Positions 1-8,754 of a stretch of DNA of 24,000 nt are shown here, piece after piece. This DNA comes from Sulfurospirillaceae bacterium. GTDB taxonomy: Bacteria; Campylobacterota; Campylobacteria; Campylobacterales; Sulfurospirillaceae. The position numbers were made by a program, and so were the translations under genes. The DNA is taken from contig JAQUWL010000001.1 of assembly GCA_028692875.1 (NCBI GenBank), forward strand, positions 126,191-150,190. The letters run 5' to 3'. The first letter of the stretch is position 1. Each line of letters begins with the position of its first letter. The notes under the pieces are model-generated. The model was not told the origin of the DNA. It saw only the letters and a program-made list of their open reading frames with translations, and ran no database searches.

Positions 1-375
1 TTTAATTACATTTGTACCGCCAAATCGAAGTCTTGCCTCAATACGAGCTACTAAAATGTCAAAGTCAAAAGGCTTTCTTATATAGTCATCCGCACCTGCT
101 TTAAGTGCTTTTATTTCGCTCTCTTTGTCATCTTTTGCTGACAAAATAACTGCTGCCGTACGAGGGGATTTTTGTTTAATCATGCTGATTAGATCAACGC
201 CATCACCGTCTGGCAACATCCAATCCGCAAGTACTAAGTCGTAATTTCGGATACCGATATAATATTCAGCATCTTTAAAATTTTCGGAACTATCAGTTTG
301 ATATCCGAATTCCTGAAGACCTTCTGCTATGGTTTTGTTTAACGTAACCTCATCTTCTACTATTAAAATTCGCAT
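1..375 (-). CDS. Response regulator, receiver domain (OmpR/PhoB-type); the 3' part of the gene lies beyond the window start
   Basis: My reverse-strand translation from the ATG (rc of 373-375) reads MRILIVEDEVTLNKTIAEGLQEFGYQTDSSENFKDAEYYIGIRNYDLVLADWMLPDGDGVDLISMIKQKSPRTAAVILSAKDDKESEIKALKAGADDYIRKPFDFDILVARIEARLRF. It shows the REC hallmarks: N-terminal E-D pair, acceptor Asp in LVLAD, and Lys in YIRKPF. The frame stays open to position 1. It is absent from the ORF track because it is truncated. Confidence 0.85.
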   Translation of the reverse strand, partial: MRILIVEDEVTLNKTIAEGLQEFGYQTDSSENFKDAEYYIGIRNYDLVLADWMLPDGDGVDLISMIKQKSPRTAAVILSAKDDKESEIKALKAGADDYIRKPFDFDILVARIEARLRFGGTNVIK

Positions 376-453
376 TATTATTCCTTAATCTCTAAAATTT
401 AAGCGAAATTATAACATAATTTTAGCTAGATTTAAAGTTTTTTTAATAAAAAT

Positions 454-789
454 TTAATTTTTCTTATAGCTTACTTTAAGAATTGCCCCTACTGTGGCAT
501 TTTGCAAGATGTCTGGTTTTGATACGCTAATACTTAGTTTTAGTATCTGCGGATATTTTTTCTTTAAATTTTTAGAAATTTTTTTTAAAGCATCTTCTAG
601 AAGCAGATATTTTTTCTGTTGCACGTCTTGAGTGATATATTCGCAAATATCAATATAATTTATAAAAAAATTATTTTTATATTTGTAGGATATTTTTACG
701 TCAAAACAAACACGCTGAGAAGTAACTCTTTCGCTCTCCAATATCCCAATAATTGCCTCAAATATTAGATTTTTGATAAAAATTTTCAT
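454..789 (-). CDS. folB: Dihydroneopterin aldolase-like protein (FolB family)
   Basis: The ORF 454..828 product aligns by eye with FolB (IFIKNLIFEAIIGILESERVTSQRVCFDVKISY ... ISVSKPDILQNATVGA). I trimmed the start to the internal Met (MKIFIKNL) so it does not run into plsY, whose stop is at 797-799. Confidence 0.6.
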   Translation of the reverse strand: MKIFIKNLIFEAIIGILESERVTSQRVCFDVKISYKYKNNFFINYIDICEYITQDVQQKKYLLLEDALKKISKNLKKKYPQILKLSISVSKPDILQNATVGAILKVSYKKN

Positions 790-796
790 CATTTGC

Positions 797-1423
797 CTAT
801 ATGACTTTTGCCTCTTCATTTTTAACAAGTCTTATAATGTTTGGAATGTGTTTATATATGATGATAATAGCGATAATAATCAGTGGTGCATGTGTTTTAA
901 TGCCTTCAATCTCTGGATGAATGATAAAGGAAGAGAGCATAAACGCTACCAACGCTAAAAGCGATGACAAAGAGGATATTTTAAATATTTTCCCCACAAC
1001 AAACCATGTGATAAGTGCCACAAGCATCTCTAGAGGAAGCATAAAAAACAAAACTCCAGCCGCAGTTGCAACGCCTTTTCCGCCTTCAAACTTAAGATAT
1101 GGACTGTAGCAGTGCCCCAAGATAGCAAAAATAGAAATGGCCCACAAAGTAGCCTCGCTAAGACCTATTAGGGTACCAACAATTAGAATTAAAACGCCCT
1201 TTAGTGCATCCAAAAGAAGTGTGGCAATTGCTAGTTTTTTTGCCAATGTAGGATTTGTCTCCTTTATGGCTCTTAGAACATTTGTAGCTCCAATGCTTCC
1301 GCTACCTGCATTTCTAATGTCAAAATCAGCAAATTTTTTCGCCAACAGCAATCCAAATGGTATGCCACCCACTAGATAACTTAATATATAAAATTGTACA
1401 TTGATGTTAAAAAGTGCGTCCAT
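797..1423 (-). CDS. plsY: Glycerol-3-phosphate acyltransferase PlsY
   Basis: 208 aa polytopic membrane protein with PlsY motifs (GGIPFGLLLAK, GSGSIGATNVLR, LDALKG, GHCYSPYLKFEGGKGVAT). Confidence 0.9.
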   Translation of the reverse strand: MDALFNINVQFYILSYLVGGIPFGLLLAKKFADFDIRNAGSGSIGATNVLRAIKETNPTLAKKLAIATLLLDALKGVLILIVGTLIGLSEATLWAISIFAILGHCYSPYLKFEGGKGVATAAGVLFFMLPLEMLVALITWFVVGKIFKISSLSSLLALVAFMLSSFIIHPEIEGIKTHAPLIIIAIIIIYKHIPNIIRLVKNEEAKVI

Positions 1424-1493
1424 ATATTATCCTTATTTTGCAATCGCAAAATTATATCAGTTGTTTGGTTATTGTTGCCTTTAACATTGCTTT

Positions 1494-1502
1494 TGCTATA
1501 AT
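1494..1502 (+). promoter_or_regulatory. Candidate extended -10 promoter element (TGcTATAAT) for nadA
   Basis: TGCTATAAT lies about 40 nt upstream of the nadA TTG start, in the plsY/nadA divergent intergenic region. An AAAGGA RBS sits at 1530-1535. Confidence 0.35.
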
Positions 1503-1542
1503 TTGAGACATTTTAATTTACTAATATTTAAAGGATTTTTAG

Positions 1543-2535
1543 TTGATTTTAGAGTCTTTAAAAGATGATATTTTAGCACTTAAAAAAGAGCTACATGTAA
1601 GCATTGTTGCTCATTTTTATCAAAAAGATGAAGTTTTTAATATTGCGGATTTTGTGGGCGATTCTTTGCAATTGGCACAATGGGCATCCAAAGATGCAAA
1701 TCCTTACCTTCTTTTTTGCGGTGTTGGTTTTATGGGGCAAAGCGTGAAGATATTGGCTCCTCAAAAGAGAGTTTTTATGCCCCGCATTGCATGTTGTGCT
1801 ATGGCTCGTATGATAGACGTAGATTATTTTGATGCCAATGTTAAGCTACTGAATGATGCTGGAATTTTAGATAAAAATATTTTGCCAATTACCTATATAA
1901 ACTCTTCTGCGGAAGTAAAGGCAAGAGTTGGTCAAATGGGCGGTATGGTTTGTACCAGCTCCAATGCAAAAAAGATAATCACTCAAGCGCTTAAGAGTGG
2001 CAAAAAGATATTTTTTGTGCCTGATTGTTGTTTGGGGCAAAATATCGCTATTGAAATGGGTTTAAAATCCGCAGTTATTGGCAAGGATGCTGATTTTGCA
2101 AAAGCAGACATTATCTGCTACAACGGTTTTTGCTCGGTTCATCAACTTTTTGATGTTGAAGATATAGCATTTTATCGTCAAAAATATCCAAATATTAAAA
2201 TAGCAACTCATCCTGAATGCAAACCAGAGGTGTGTCAGTTGTCAGATTTTGTAGGCTCGACCAGTCAGATTATTGAGTATGTCAAAGGTTTGCCGTTGGA
2301 GCAAAAAGTGGCTATTGGAACTGAGTACAATATGATTAAAAGGTTGAGAAAAGACAACACTTATGTTCTCTCTTCGACAAAGCCAGAGTGTCCAACGATG
2401 AACGAAACAACGCTGCAAGATGTATACAATACGCTTCTTTCTATCAAGGATGGGCGTTTTGAAAATGAAATAACGCTTGATGAAGAAACAAGAAAGTGGG
2501 CATATGTTGCCTTGAACAGGATGTTTGAATTATGA
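1543..2535 (+). CDS. nadA: Quinolinate synthase NadA
   Basis: 330 aa with typical NadA blocks (VAHFYQ, VGDSL, FCGVGFMG, CSVHQ, THPEC, GTEYNMI). TTG start preceded by an RBS. Translationally overlaps nadC (ATGA). Confidence 0.9.
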   Translation: MILESLKDDILALKKELHVSIVAHFYQKDEVFNIADFVGDSLQLAQWASKDANPYLLFCGVGFMGQSVKILAPQKRVFMPRIACCAMARMIDVDYFDANVKLLNDAGILDKNILPITYINSSAEVKARVGQMGGMVCTSSNAKKIITQALKSGKKIFFVPDCCLGQNIAIEMGLKSAVIGKDADFAKADIICYNGFCSVHQLFDVEDIAFYRQKYPNIKIATHPECKPEVCQLSDFVGSTSQIIEYVKGLPLEQKVAIGTEYNMIKRLRKDNTYVLSSTKPECPTMNETTLQDVYNTLLSIKDGRFENEITLDEETRKWAYVALNRMFEL

Positions 2536-3353
2536 TAAAACAGTTTGTATTGGATGCTCTCAAAGAAGATATTGGCAGAGGTGATTTGTTTAGTTTGGTG
2601 GCACAAGATGGTATTTGTGATGCAAAAATCATCGCTAAAGAAGAGGGAATTTTAGCTGGCGAGGTCTATGCGAAAGCGTTGTGTGAAGCCAAAAATATTG
2701 AGATTGTGTTCAATTTAGGCGATGGAGAAAAAATCGCCAAAAATGATGTGATAGCAACTCTTAACGGAGATATAAAAACACTACTTATTTGTGAAAGAAC
2801 GCTTTTAAACCTACTTCAGCATGCCAGCGGAATCGCTACAAATACCTATGCCTTCAAGAAGGCTTTGGGAGAGAGCAATATTAAACTTTTGGATACACGA
2901 AAAACACGACCGTTGCTACGAAATTTTGAAAAATACGCTGTACGATGTGGCGGTGGCTACAACCATCGAATGGGGCTTGATGATTGTTTGATGCTTAAAG
3001 ACACGCATCTTAAAACCATACCAAACCTCAAAGAGTTTATGACTAAGTGTAGAGAAAAATTGCCCTTTACATGTAAGGTTGAGATAGAGTGCGAAGATGT
3101 CGCTTTTTCTAAAGAGGCGATGGAGTGCGGGGCTGATATCGTTATGTGTGACAATATGAATGAAAAACAAATATGTGAAGTAGTGGCGATAAGAGATGAG
3201 TTTTTTAAGCATGTGTTGATAGAAATTAGTGGCAATGTTACAAAAGAAAATATTGCCAAATATGCTACATGTAGAGCTGATGCCATAAGTAGTGGTAGTT
3301 TGATTCATCATGCGGTATGGCTTGATTTTTCTATGAAAATCACTAGCAAATAG
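2532..3353 (+). CDS. nadC: Nicotinate-nucleotide pyrophosphorylase (quinolinate phosphoribosyltransferase) NadC
   Basis: 273 aa with LLNLLQHASGIAT, LLDTRKTRP, EKYAVRCGGGYNHRMGLDD and MLKDTH motifs. Coupled to nadA. Confidence 0.9.
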   Translation: MIKQFVLDALKEDIGRGDLFSLVAQDGICDAKIIAKEEGILAGEVYAKALCEAKNIEIVFNLGDGEKIAKNDVIATLNGDIKTLLICERTLLNLLQHASGIATNTYAFKKALGESNIKLLDTRKTRPLLRNFEKYAVRCGGGYNHRMGLDDCLMLKDTHLKTIPNLKEFMTKCREKLPFTCKVEIECEDVAFSKEAMECGADIVMCDNMNEKQICEVVAIRDEFFKHVLIEISGNVTKENIAKYATCRADAISSGSLIHHAVWLDFSMKITSK

Positions 3354-3376
3354 TCTTTACATGTAAGGAATAAATA

Positions 3377-4444
3377 GTGGCTGATGATCAAGAAAAGACA
3401 GAAGAGGCCAGTTCTAAAAAGATAGAAGACGCAAGAAAAGAGGGCAATGTTCCTAAGAGTCAAGATGCTAGTAGTTTTGTGACTTTGGTGGTCGGTATCA
3501 GTGTTTTAATTGCTCTTTTTGTGTTTATTAAAAATAGAATGGTCGGTCTTTATCTATATTATCAGGCATTTTATTTTGTGGATTTAGACAAAAATAGTAT
3601 TTTGCAACTCTCTATGGTAACTTTTCGAGAAGTTATTTTTATGGTTATTCCTCTTGCTGTTGCAGTTGCCATCGCCGGTGTTTTAGCCGGTGTTATGCAG
3701 ATAGGATTTCTTTTTTCATCCAAGCCTTTAGTTCCTGATTTGAAAAAGATTGATCCTATAAAAGGGCTTAAAAATCTTATATCTATGAAAAAGATGATTG
3801 AGTCGCTCAAGATGATTATAAAAGTCTCGATGGTAATGTGGATAGCTTACTATTTTATTTTAACATTTGTAAAAGAGTTGCCTACAGTTATCTTTTTTCC
3901 TATTTTTGATCAACTTGATTGGCTTAAGAGCAAAGCGATGATTTTAGGCTCTGTTATGTTAATTCTTTTTTTGGCTCTTGCATTGTTTGATTTGATGTTT
4001 GTGCGGTATAACTATTTTAAAGATTTACGCATGAGCAAACAAGAGGTAAAAGATGAATACAAGCAGATGGAGGGCGACCCTCAGATTAAAGCAAGAATTC
4101 GAAGAATTCAAATAGAGATGACTCGAAAACGGATGATGCAAGAAGTTCCTCAAGCTGATGTGGTTATAACAAACCCAACTCACTTTGCAGTAGCCATTCG
4201 TTACAATCAAGAAAAAGAGGATGCTCCTAAAGTTGTGGCGAAGGGGACAGACTTTTTGGCGTTAAAGATTAAAGAAATTGCTATGAATTACAATATTCAA
4301 ATCGTTGAAAATCCTCCTTTAGCTAGAGAGTTGTATAAAAAGTGTGATATCAATGCGACTATTCCTGAAAATCTATATAAAGCAGTGGCTGAGGTTTTGG
4401 CATTTGTTTACAAAACATCCAAAAAAGGCTCCACAAACAAATAG
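3377..4444 (+). CDS. flhB: Flagellar type III export apparatus protein FlhB
   Basis: 355 aa. N-terminus EKTEEASSKKIEDARKEGNVPKSQD, 4 TM segments, the NPTH autocleavage motif (VITNPTHFAVAIRY) and PPLARELY. GTG start with an AAGGA RBS at 3365-3369. Confidence 0.92.
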   Translation: MADDQEKTEEASSKKIEDARKEGNVPKSQDASSFVTLVVGISVLIALFVFIKNRMVGLYLYYQAFYFVDLDKNSILQLSMVTFREVIFMVIPLAVAVAIAGVLAGVMQIGFLFSSKPLVPDLKKIDPIKGLKNLISMKKMIESLKMIIKVSMVMWIAYYFILTFVKELPTVIFFPIFDQLDWLKSKAMILGSVMLILFLALALFDLMFVRYNYFKDLRMSKQEVKDEYKQMEGDPQIKARIRRIQIEMTRKRMMQEVPQADVVITNPTHFAVAIRYNQEKEDAPKVVAKGTDFLALKIKEIAMNYNIQIVENPPLARELYKKCDINATIPENLYKAVAEVLAFVYKTSKKGSTNK

Positions 4445-4497
4445 CCATTCTCAATAATTTTTCAGTCAATTTTAAGTATAATATTGACTTTGAATAA

Positions 4498-5451
4498 ATG
4501 GGAGATGCTATGTACAAACAAGCATGGAAAAAGATGCTTGAAGCAAAACATATTCTTCTAGTATCACATGTTCATCCTGATGGAGATACTCTTGGAAGTG
4601 TTTTGGGATTGTATGATGTACTTAAAAAGCAGAAAAAAAAAGTTACTGCATATAACGATGCTAAAGTTTTGCCCCAGATTTATGACTTTTTGCCCCATTT
4701 TTCAAGCATAAAATGCAATATGCCAGAAGATGTTGACTTGGTTGTTTGTTGCGATTGTGGAAGCTTTGATAGACTAAAAATTGCTCGAAGCAACTATGAA
4801 ATTATAAACATAGACCATCATACAACAAATACCATGTTTGGCGATATAAATGTTGTTAACGATACTTTTTCAAGTGCCGGAATGGTTGTATATGAGCTTT
4901 TGATAACCAACAGAGTAAACATTTCAAAAGAGTGTGCAACGGCTCTGTATACATCAGTAGCGGAAGATACGGGATTTTTCTTGTACGGAAATGTGAATGC
5001 TATGACTTTTTTTGTAGCTTCAAAATTGGTCAGCTTTGGAGCCAATCCGCAAGAGATTGCCCATAATCTGAAACAAAGAGAGTCTTTAGCAAAGATTCGT
5101 TTATATGGTCATATGTTAAGTAATTTTGAGTTACATGTACAAGGGCAAATCGCCTCAATCGTGATAGATAAAAACATTTTAAGCGCCACGGGTGCAAATA
5201 TTGCCGACACAAAAAATAGTGTCTCAATGTTGAGAAATATGGCTTGCGTTAAGGTAGCTTTTATGCTTGTAGAAAAAGAGGATGGCTATAAAGTCTCAAT
5301 GCGAAGCAAAGATGCTTTTGATATTTCTAGCATAGCCTCTAGCTTTGGTGGCGGTGGACACAAAAACGCCTCTGGATTTGAGTGTGAAGGGCTGGATGCT
5401 TCAATTCTTAAGGCGATGATAATAAAAAAAATAAAAAAGGTTATTGAATGA
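4498..5451 (+). CDS. DHH/DHHA1 family phosphoesterase (NrnA-like oligoribonuclease/pAp phosphatase)
   Basis: 317 aa with HVHPDGDTLGS, CDCG, NIDHH and a C-terminal GGGGHKNASG (DHHA1). The start could instead be the ATG at 4510. Confidence 0.75.
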   Translation: MGDAMYKQAWKKMLEAKHILLVSHVHPDGDTLGSVLGLYDVLKKQKKKVTAYNDAKVLPQIYDFLPHFSSIKCNMPEDVDLVVCCDCGSFDRLKIARSNYEIINIDHHTTNTMFGDINVVNDTFSSAGMVVYELLITNRVNISKECATALYTSVAEDTGFFLYGNVNAMTFFVASKLVSFGANPQEIAHNLKQRESLAKIRLYGHMLSNFELHVQGQIASIVIDKNILSATGANIADTKNSVSMLRNMACVKVAFMLVEKEDGYKVSMRSKDAFDISSIASSFGGGGHKNASGFECEGLDASILKAMIIKKIKKVIE

Positions 5452-6818
5452 TGAAAAGAAAAAACAACTTTATGATAGTTCTTTTATTGCTATTTTTGGC
5501 GACATTTGTAGGACTTTTTTTCTATATTTATAGCTCATCTTTTTTTGAAAGAGAAGCTCCTATAGTGCATTTGCCAAATAAAGTGGATTGGAACTTAAAA
5601 GACCCACTTAAGGTAAAAGTAGAGGACAACAGAGCCCTTAGATTTGTGCGAGCAATGTTGGCAGATGGTCAAAATACTATAACTTTGGATAAAAAAGAGA
5701 TAACTAATGGCGAGAGAACTATTGAGCTTGGCATTACGATGCCAAAGACAGGCTTTACTGCCAATAAAAAGAGTTTCGAATTGATTGTTGAGGCTGTTGA
5801 TGCAAGCAAATGGAACTTTTTTTCTGGCAATAAAACAGTTCAAAAAACAACAGTTTATATTGATACAAAACGCCCAGAAGTCTCTGTTTTGTCAAACTCA
5901 TATAAGATTATTAGAGGTGGTGTAGCAACAGTTATTTTTAGGGCTCAAGATGAAAATATGAAACAATTATACATTGAGACATCTTCTGGAAAAAGGTTTT
6001 ATCCCACTCCTTTTTACGGAGACAATTATTATATATCATTATTGGCTTGGCCTAGCATTGAAGAAAAATTTAGTGCTAGTGTAATAGCTGTAGATAGAGC
6101 TGGAAACAGCACAAAGGCTCACATTCCATATTTTTTACAAGATAAAAAATATAAAGCTTCTATGTTGCAACTCAAAGATGCTTTTTTGGATGGAAAAATA
6201 AAAGAGATGGTGGATGATTTTGGTACGCCAGAGATTATAAAAGCGGATAAATTGGAAAAGTTTAAATTTGTTAATGAGACATTGCGAAAAGCCAATGAGA
6301 CTATTATCTCAAAGATGGCTTCCCCTGTTCCAACAGAGAAAATAACGGATTTTACAATTAAGCCTTTTTATCCACTAAAAAATGGTGCTGCTGTAGCAAG
6401 TTTTGGAGATCACAGATTGTATGAGTATGACAAAGTGCCTGTTAGTGAGTCATATCATGTTGGTATTGATCTAGCAAGTACGGCACAAGCAAATATTCAA
6501 GTCTCTAGTGACGGAGTTGTAGTTTATGCCCAAGAAAATGGCATATATGGCGGAAATATGATTATATCTCATGGTTTGGGTGTTTACTCTTTGTATGGGC
6601 ATTGCTCGACATTCCTTGCAAAAGAGGGCGATACTGTAAAAAGTGGAGATGTAATAGCTAAAACAGGAGTTACAGGATTGGCACTTGGAGATCATTTGCA
6701 TTTTGGTATATTGGTTCAAGGTGTCGAAGTTAGACCGGAAGAGTGGATGGATAAGTCTTGGCTTGAAGATAATATTTATGGTGTTATAAAGGCTGCAAAA
6801 AAGATAATAGACAAATGA
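5448..6818 (+). CDS. M23 family metallopeptidase (LytM-type peptidoglycan endopeptidase) with N-terminal membrane anchor
   Basis: 456 aa. One N-terminal TM helix, then the C-terminal M23 signature HVGIDLA ... YGHCS ... GDHLHFG. Start overlaps the upstream stop. Confidence 0.85.
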   Translation: MMKRKNNFMIVLLLLFLATFVGLFFYIYSSSFFEREAPIVHLPNKVDWNLKDPLKVKVEDNRALRFVRAMLADGQNTITLDKKEITNGERTIELGITMPKTGFTANKKSFELIVEAVDASKWNFFSGNKTVQKTTVYIDTKRPEVSVLSNSYKIIRGGVATVIFRAQDENMKQLYIETSSGKRFYPTPFYGDNYYISLLAWPSIEEKFSASVIAVDRAGNSTKAHIPYFLQDKKYKASMLQLKDAFLDGKIKEMVDDFGTPEIIKADKLEKFKFVNETLRKANETIISKMASPVPTEKITDFTIKPFYPLKNGAAVASFGDHRLYEYDKVPVSESYHVGIDLASTAQANIQVSSDGVVVYAQENGIYGGNMIISHGLGVYSLYGHCSTFLAKEGDTVKSGDVIAKTGVTGLALGDHLHFGILVQGVEVRPEEWMDKSWLEDNIYGVIKAAKKIIDK

Positions 6819-7408
6819 AAGTAACGCAAAAAAATCTAAGAGTGTTTCATATTTTGGTTAATGAAGAGACTGCTTTTTTGGACTATTTCAATAAAAATAG
6901 TGTATTATTGAAGGAATTCTTTTTGCTTTTAGAAGGAAGAGTTACGCCAAAAATATGCTCTATTTTGGATAAGGCTCAAGTCTGTTATAAAGATATAAGC
7001 AGTTGTTCATTGCGCCTTAGTGGTGTAAAAAAAGATGAATTGCCCGCTCAAGAACAAAAGGGAATAGAGCAAAAAGAGCCTATCGCTACTTCAAAAGAGG
7101 GCTTGAAGCTTAAAGTATATGATAGACCTATTCGCTCTGGCGAAGAGATTTCTCAAGATGTTCCAGTTGTTATTTTTGGTCGTATAAATAGTGGCTCAAA
7201 ACTTTTTTGCCAAGATAGCGTGAGCGTTTATGGTGTAATAGACGGTCTTGTGCAGTGCGATGGAGAGTATATGGTGCTAAATGGTATCGGCGAGAGAGGA
7301 AATGTTATTTTTAATGGCGAGATTATTGAGAAAGAGAGTGTAAAACATAATGTTTTGCAAAAAATTACCATTCGCAACCATAGAGTCGAAATAAAGGAAG
7401 TTGTTTGA
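6815..7408 (+). CDS. minC: Septum site-determining protein MinC
   Basis: 197 aa. The C-terminal beta-helix-type repeat region (PVVIFGRINSGSKLFCQDSVSVYGVIDGLVQCDGEYMVL) is typical of MinC. Sits between the M23 peptidase and lpxC, as I recall for Helicobacter. ATGA overlap with the upstream gene. Confidence 0.65.
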   Translation: MKVTQKNLRVFHILVNEETAFLDYFNKNSVLLKEFFLLLEGRVTPKICSILDKAQVCYKDISSCSLRLSGVKKDELPAQEQKGIEQKEPIATSKEGLKLKVYDRPIRSGEEISQDVPVVIFGRINSGSKLFCQDSVSVYGVIDGLVQCDGEYMVLNGIGERGNVIFNGEIIEKESVKHNVLQKITIRNHRVEIKEVV

Positions 7409-8289
7409 GACAAACCACCATAACCAAATCAGTTAGTGGCGTTGGTATAGGATTGCACAAGGGCGAACCTATACAAATAACGCTAGAGCCGATGGAGGCC
7501 GATGGTGGTATAGTGTTTTATAGAAAAGATGTAGAACTTAGCGTTAAAGCGGTGCCAACTAATGTTGTAAATACGCAAATGGCAACAGTTATAGGTAATT
7601 CATCACACTACATATCAACGATAGAGCATCTTTTGTCTGCTATTTACGCATATGGCATTGACAATATCAGAATCGTTCTAGATGGTGCAGAAGTTCCGGT
7701 TATGGATGGCAGTAGTGCTAGTTTTTGTATGATGTTAGATGAAGCCGAAACTAGAGAGCTTCAAGTACGAAAAAATATTTTAATTATTAAGCGTGAAGTT
7801 GAGGTTAGAGATGGTCAAAAATACGCTAAAGTATACCCCTCTCTAAGCCCATCTTACTCCTTTGCGATAGAGTTTAACCATCCCGTAATAGGTCGACAAG
7901 AACATCATTTTGAATTTAGCAAGAAAAACTTTTTAGAGGAGATTGCTAGAGCACGTACGTTTGGATTTTTAAAAGATGTACAGATGCTAAGAAGCAGAGG
8001 ATTGGCACTTGGAGGCTCATTGGATAATGCGGTTGTGATGGATGATAAGAAAATTTTAAATCCAGAAGGGCTACGTTATTCAAACGAGTTTGTGCGTCAT
8101 AAGATTTTAGATGCTATTGGCGATTTGGCATTGCTGGGTGCCCCATTTATAGGAAACTACGAGTCATTTGCTGGAAGTCATCATCTTAACCATGAGTTGA
8201 CCAAGGAGATTTTGAAAGATCCTAGCAACTATGAAATCAAAAGTTCATCTGCTGAGATGGCACAAGAGTTTAAAAAGGTGTTTGCATAA
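7405..8289 (+). CDS. lpxC: UDP-3-O-acyl-N-acetylglucosamine deacetylase LpxC
   Basis: 294 aa with GIGLHKGEP, TIEHLLSA, EVPVMDGSS, TFGF, GGSLDNA, HKILDAIGDL and GSHHLN motifs. TTG start overlaps the minC stop. Confidence 0.93.
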   Translation: MRQTTITKSVSGVGIGLHKGEPIQITLEPMEADGGIVFYRKDVELSVKAVPTNVVNTQMATVIGNSSHYISTIEHLLSAIYAYGIDNIRIVLDGAEVPVMDGSSASFCMMLDEAETRELQVRKNILIIKREVEVRDGQKYAKVYPSLSPSYSFAIEFNHPVIGRQEHHFEFSKKNFLEEIARARTFGFLKDVQMLRSRGLALGGSLDNAVVMDDKKILNPEGLRYSNEFVRHKILDAIGDLALLGAPFIGNYESFAGSHHLNHELTKEILKDPSNYEIKSSSAEMAQEFKKVFA

Positions 8290-8333
8290 AGCCTAAAGTT
8301 GAAATAGCGGTTATTTCGCTATCTTCGCCATTA

Positions 8334-8744
8334 TTGGTGGGGGTTTATAAAAACAATATACTCATAAGAAGCTACAACTCAGACGAGAAAACAAGCGATG
8401 CTTTGCCTAAAATGTTCAAAGAAATTTTAGAAAATTTCATCTGCTCAAAACTTTTTTTCTTGAGAGGTCCAGGAAGTTTTATGGCAATCAAGATTACTTA
8501 TGTTTTTTTAAAAACGATTTCTATCGCAACAGGTGCAAAACTCTATGCGAGCGATGGCTTTACATGTAATGACAATCAACCGATTAAAGCACTAAAAAAC
8601 TTATATTTCATCAAGGAAAATGATGAGATAAAGACAAAAATATTCACGCAAGAGATACCTCAAATCTTTTTTTTGCCTGAGTGTTTAGACGAAACGCTTT
8701 TCAACCAAGAGATTGAGCCTCTATATGTACTTCCAGCGGTTTAG
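8334..8744 (+). CDS. TsaB/YeaZ-like protein (short form; tRNA t6A biosynthesis partner), start uncertain
   Basis: GPGSFMAIKITYVFLKT resembles the GPGSFTGLRIG block of TsaB. The frame is open from 8274, and the upstream in-frame peptide (..VEIAVISLSSPLL) looks like the missing TsaB N-terminal strand, but no ATG/GTG/TTG precedes 8334. Confidence 0.5.
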   Translation: MVGVYKNNILIRSYNSDEKTSDALPKMFKEILENFICSKLFFLRGPGSFMAIKITYVFLKTISIATGAKLYASDGFTCNDNQPIKALKNLYFIKENDEIKTKIFTQEIPQIFFLPECLDETLFNQEIEPLYVLPAV

Positions 8745-8754
8745 GAGAAGTTGA

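Noticed and set aside
773-1379. Plus-strand ORFs 773-958, 921-1109 and 1137-1379
   Set aside because: They are antisense to plsY/folB, have no RBS or family resemblance, and are typical shadow frames.
4464-4489. Inverted repeat AGTCAAT-N12-ATTGACT (enclosing TATAAT) between flhB and the DHH gene, as terminator or operator
   Set aside because: The stem is short and AT-rich with no following T-tract, and it is a single occurrence. It could be a promoter-overlapping operator, but there is not enough evidence to call it.
4633-4641. A9 homopolymer in the DHH phosphoesterase gene (and an A8 run near 8907) as phase-variation tracts
   Set aside because: The runs encode Lys stretches in frame. Contingency loci in Campylobacterota typically use longer G/C tracts, and no G/C run of 8 or more exists in the window.
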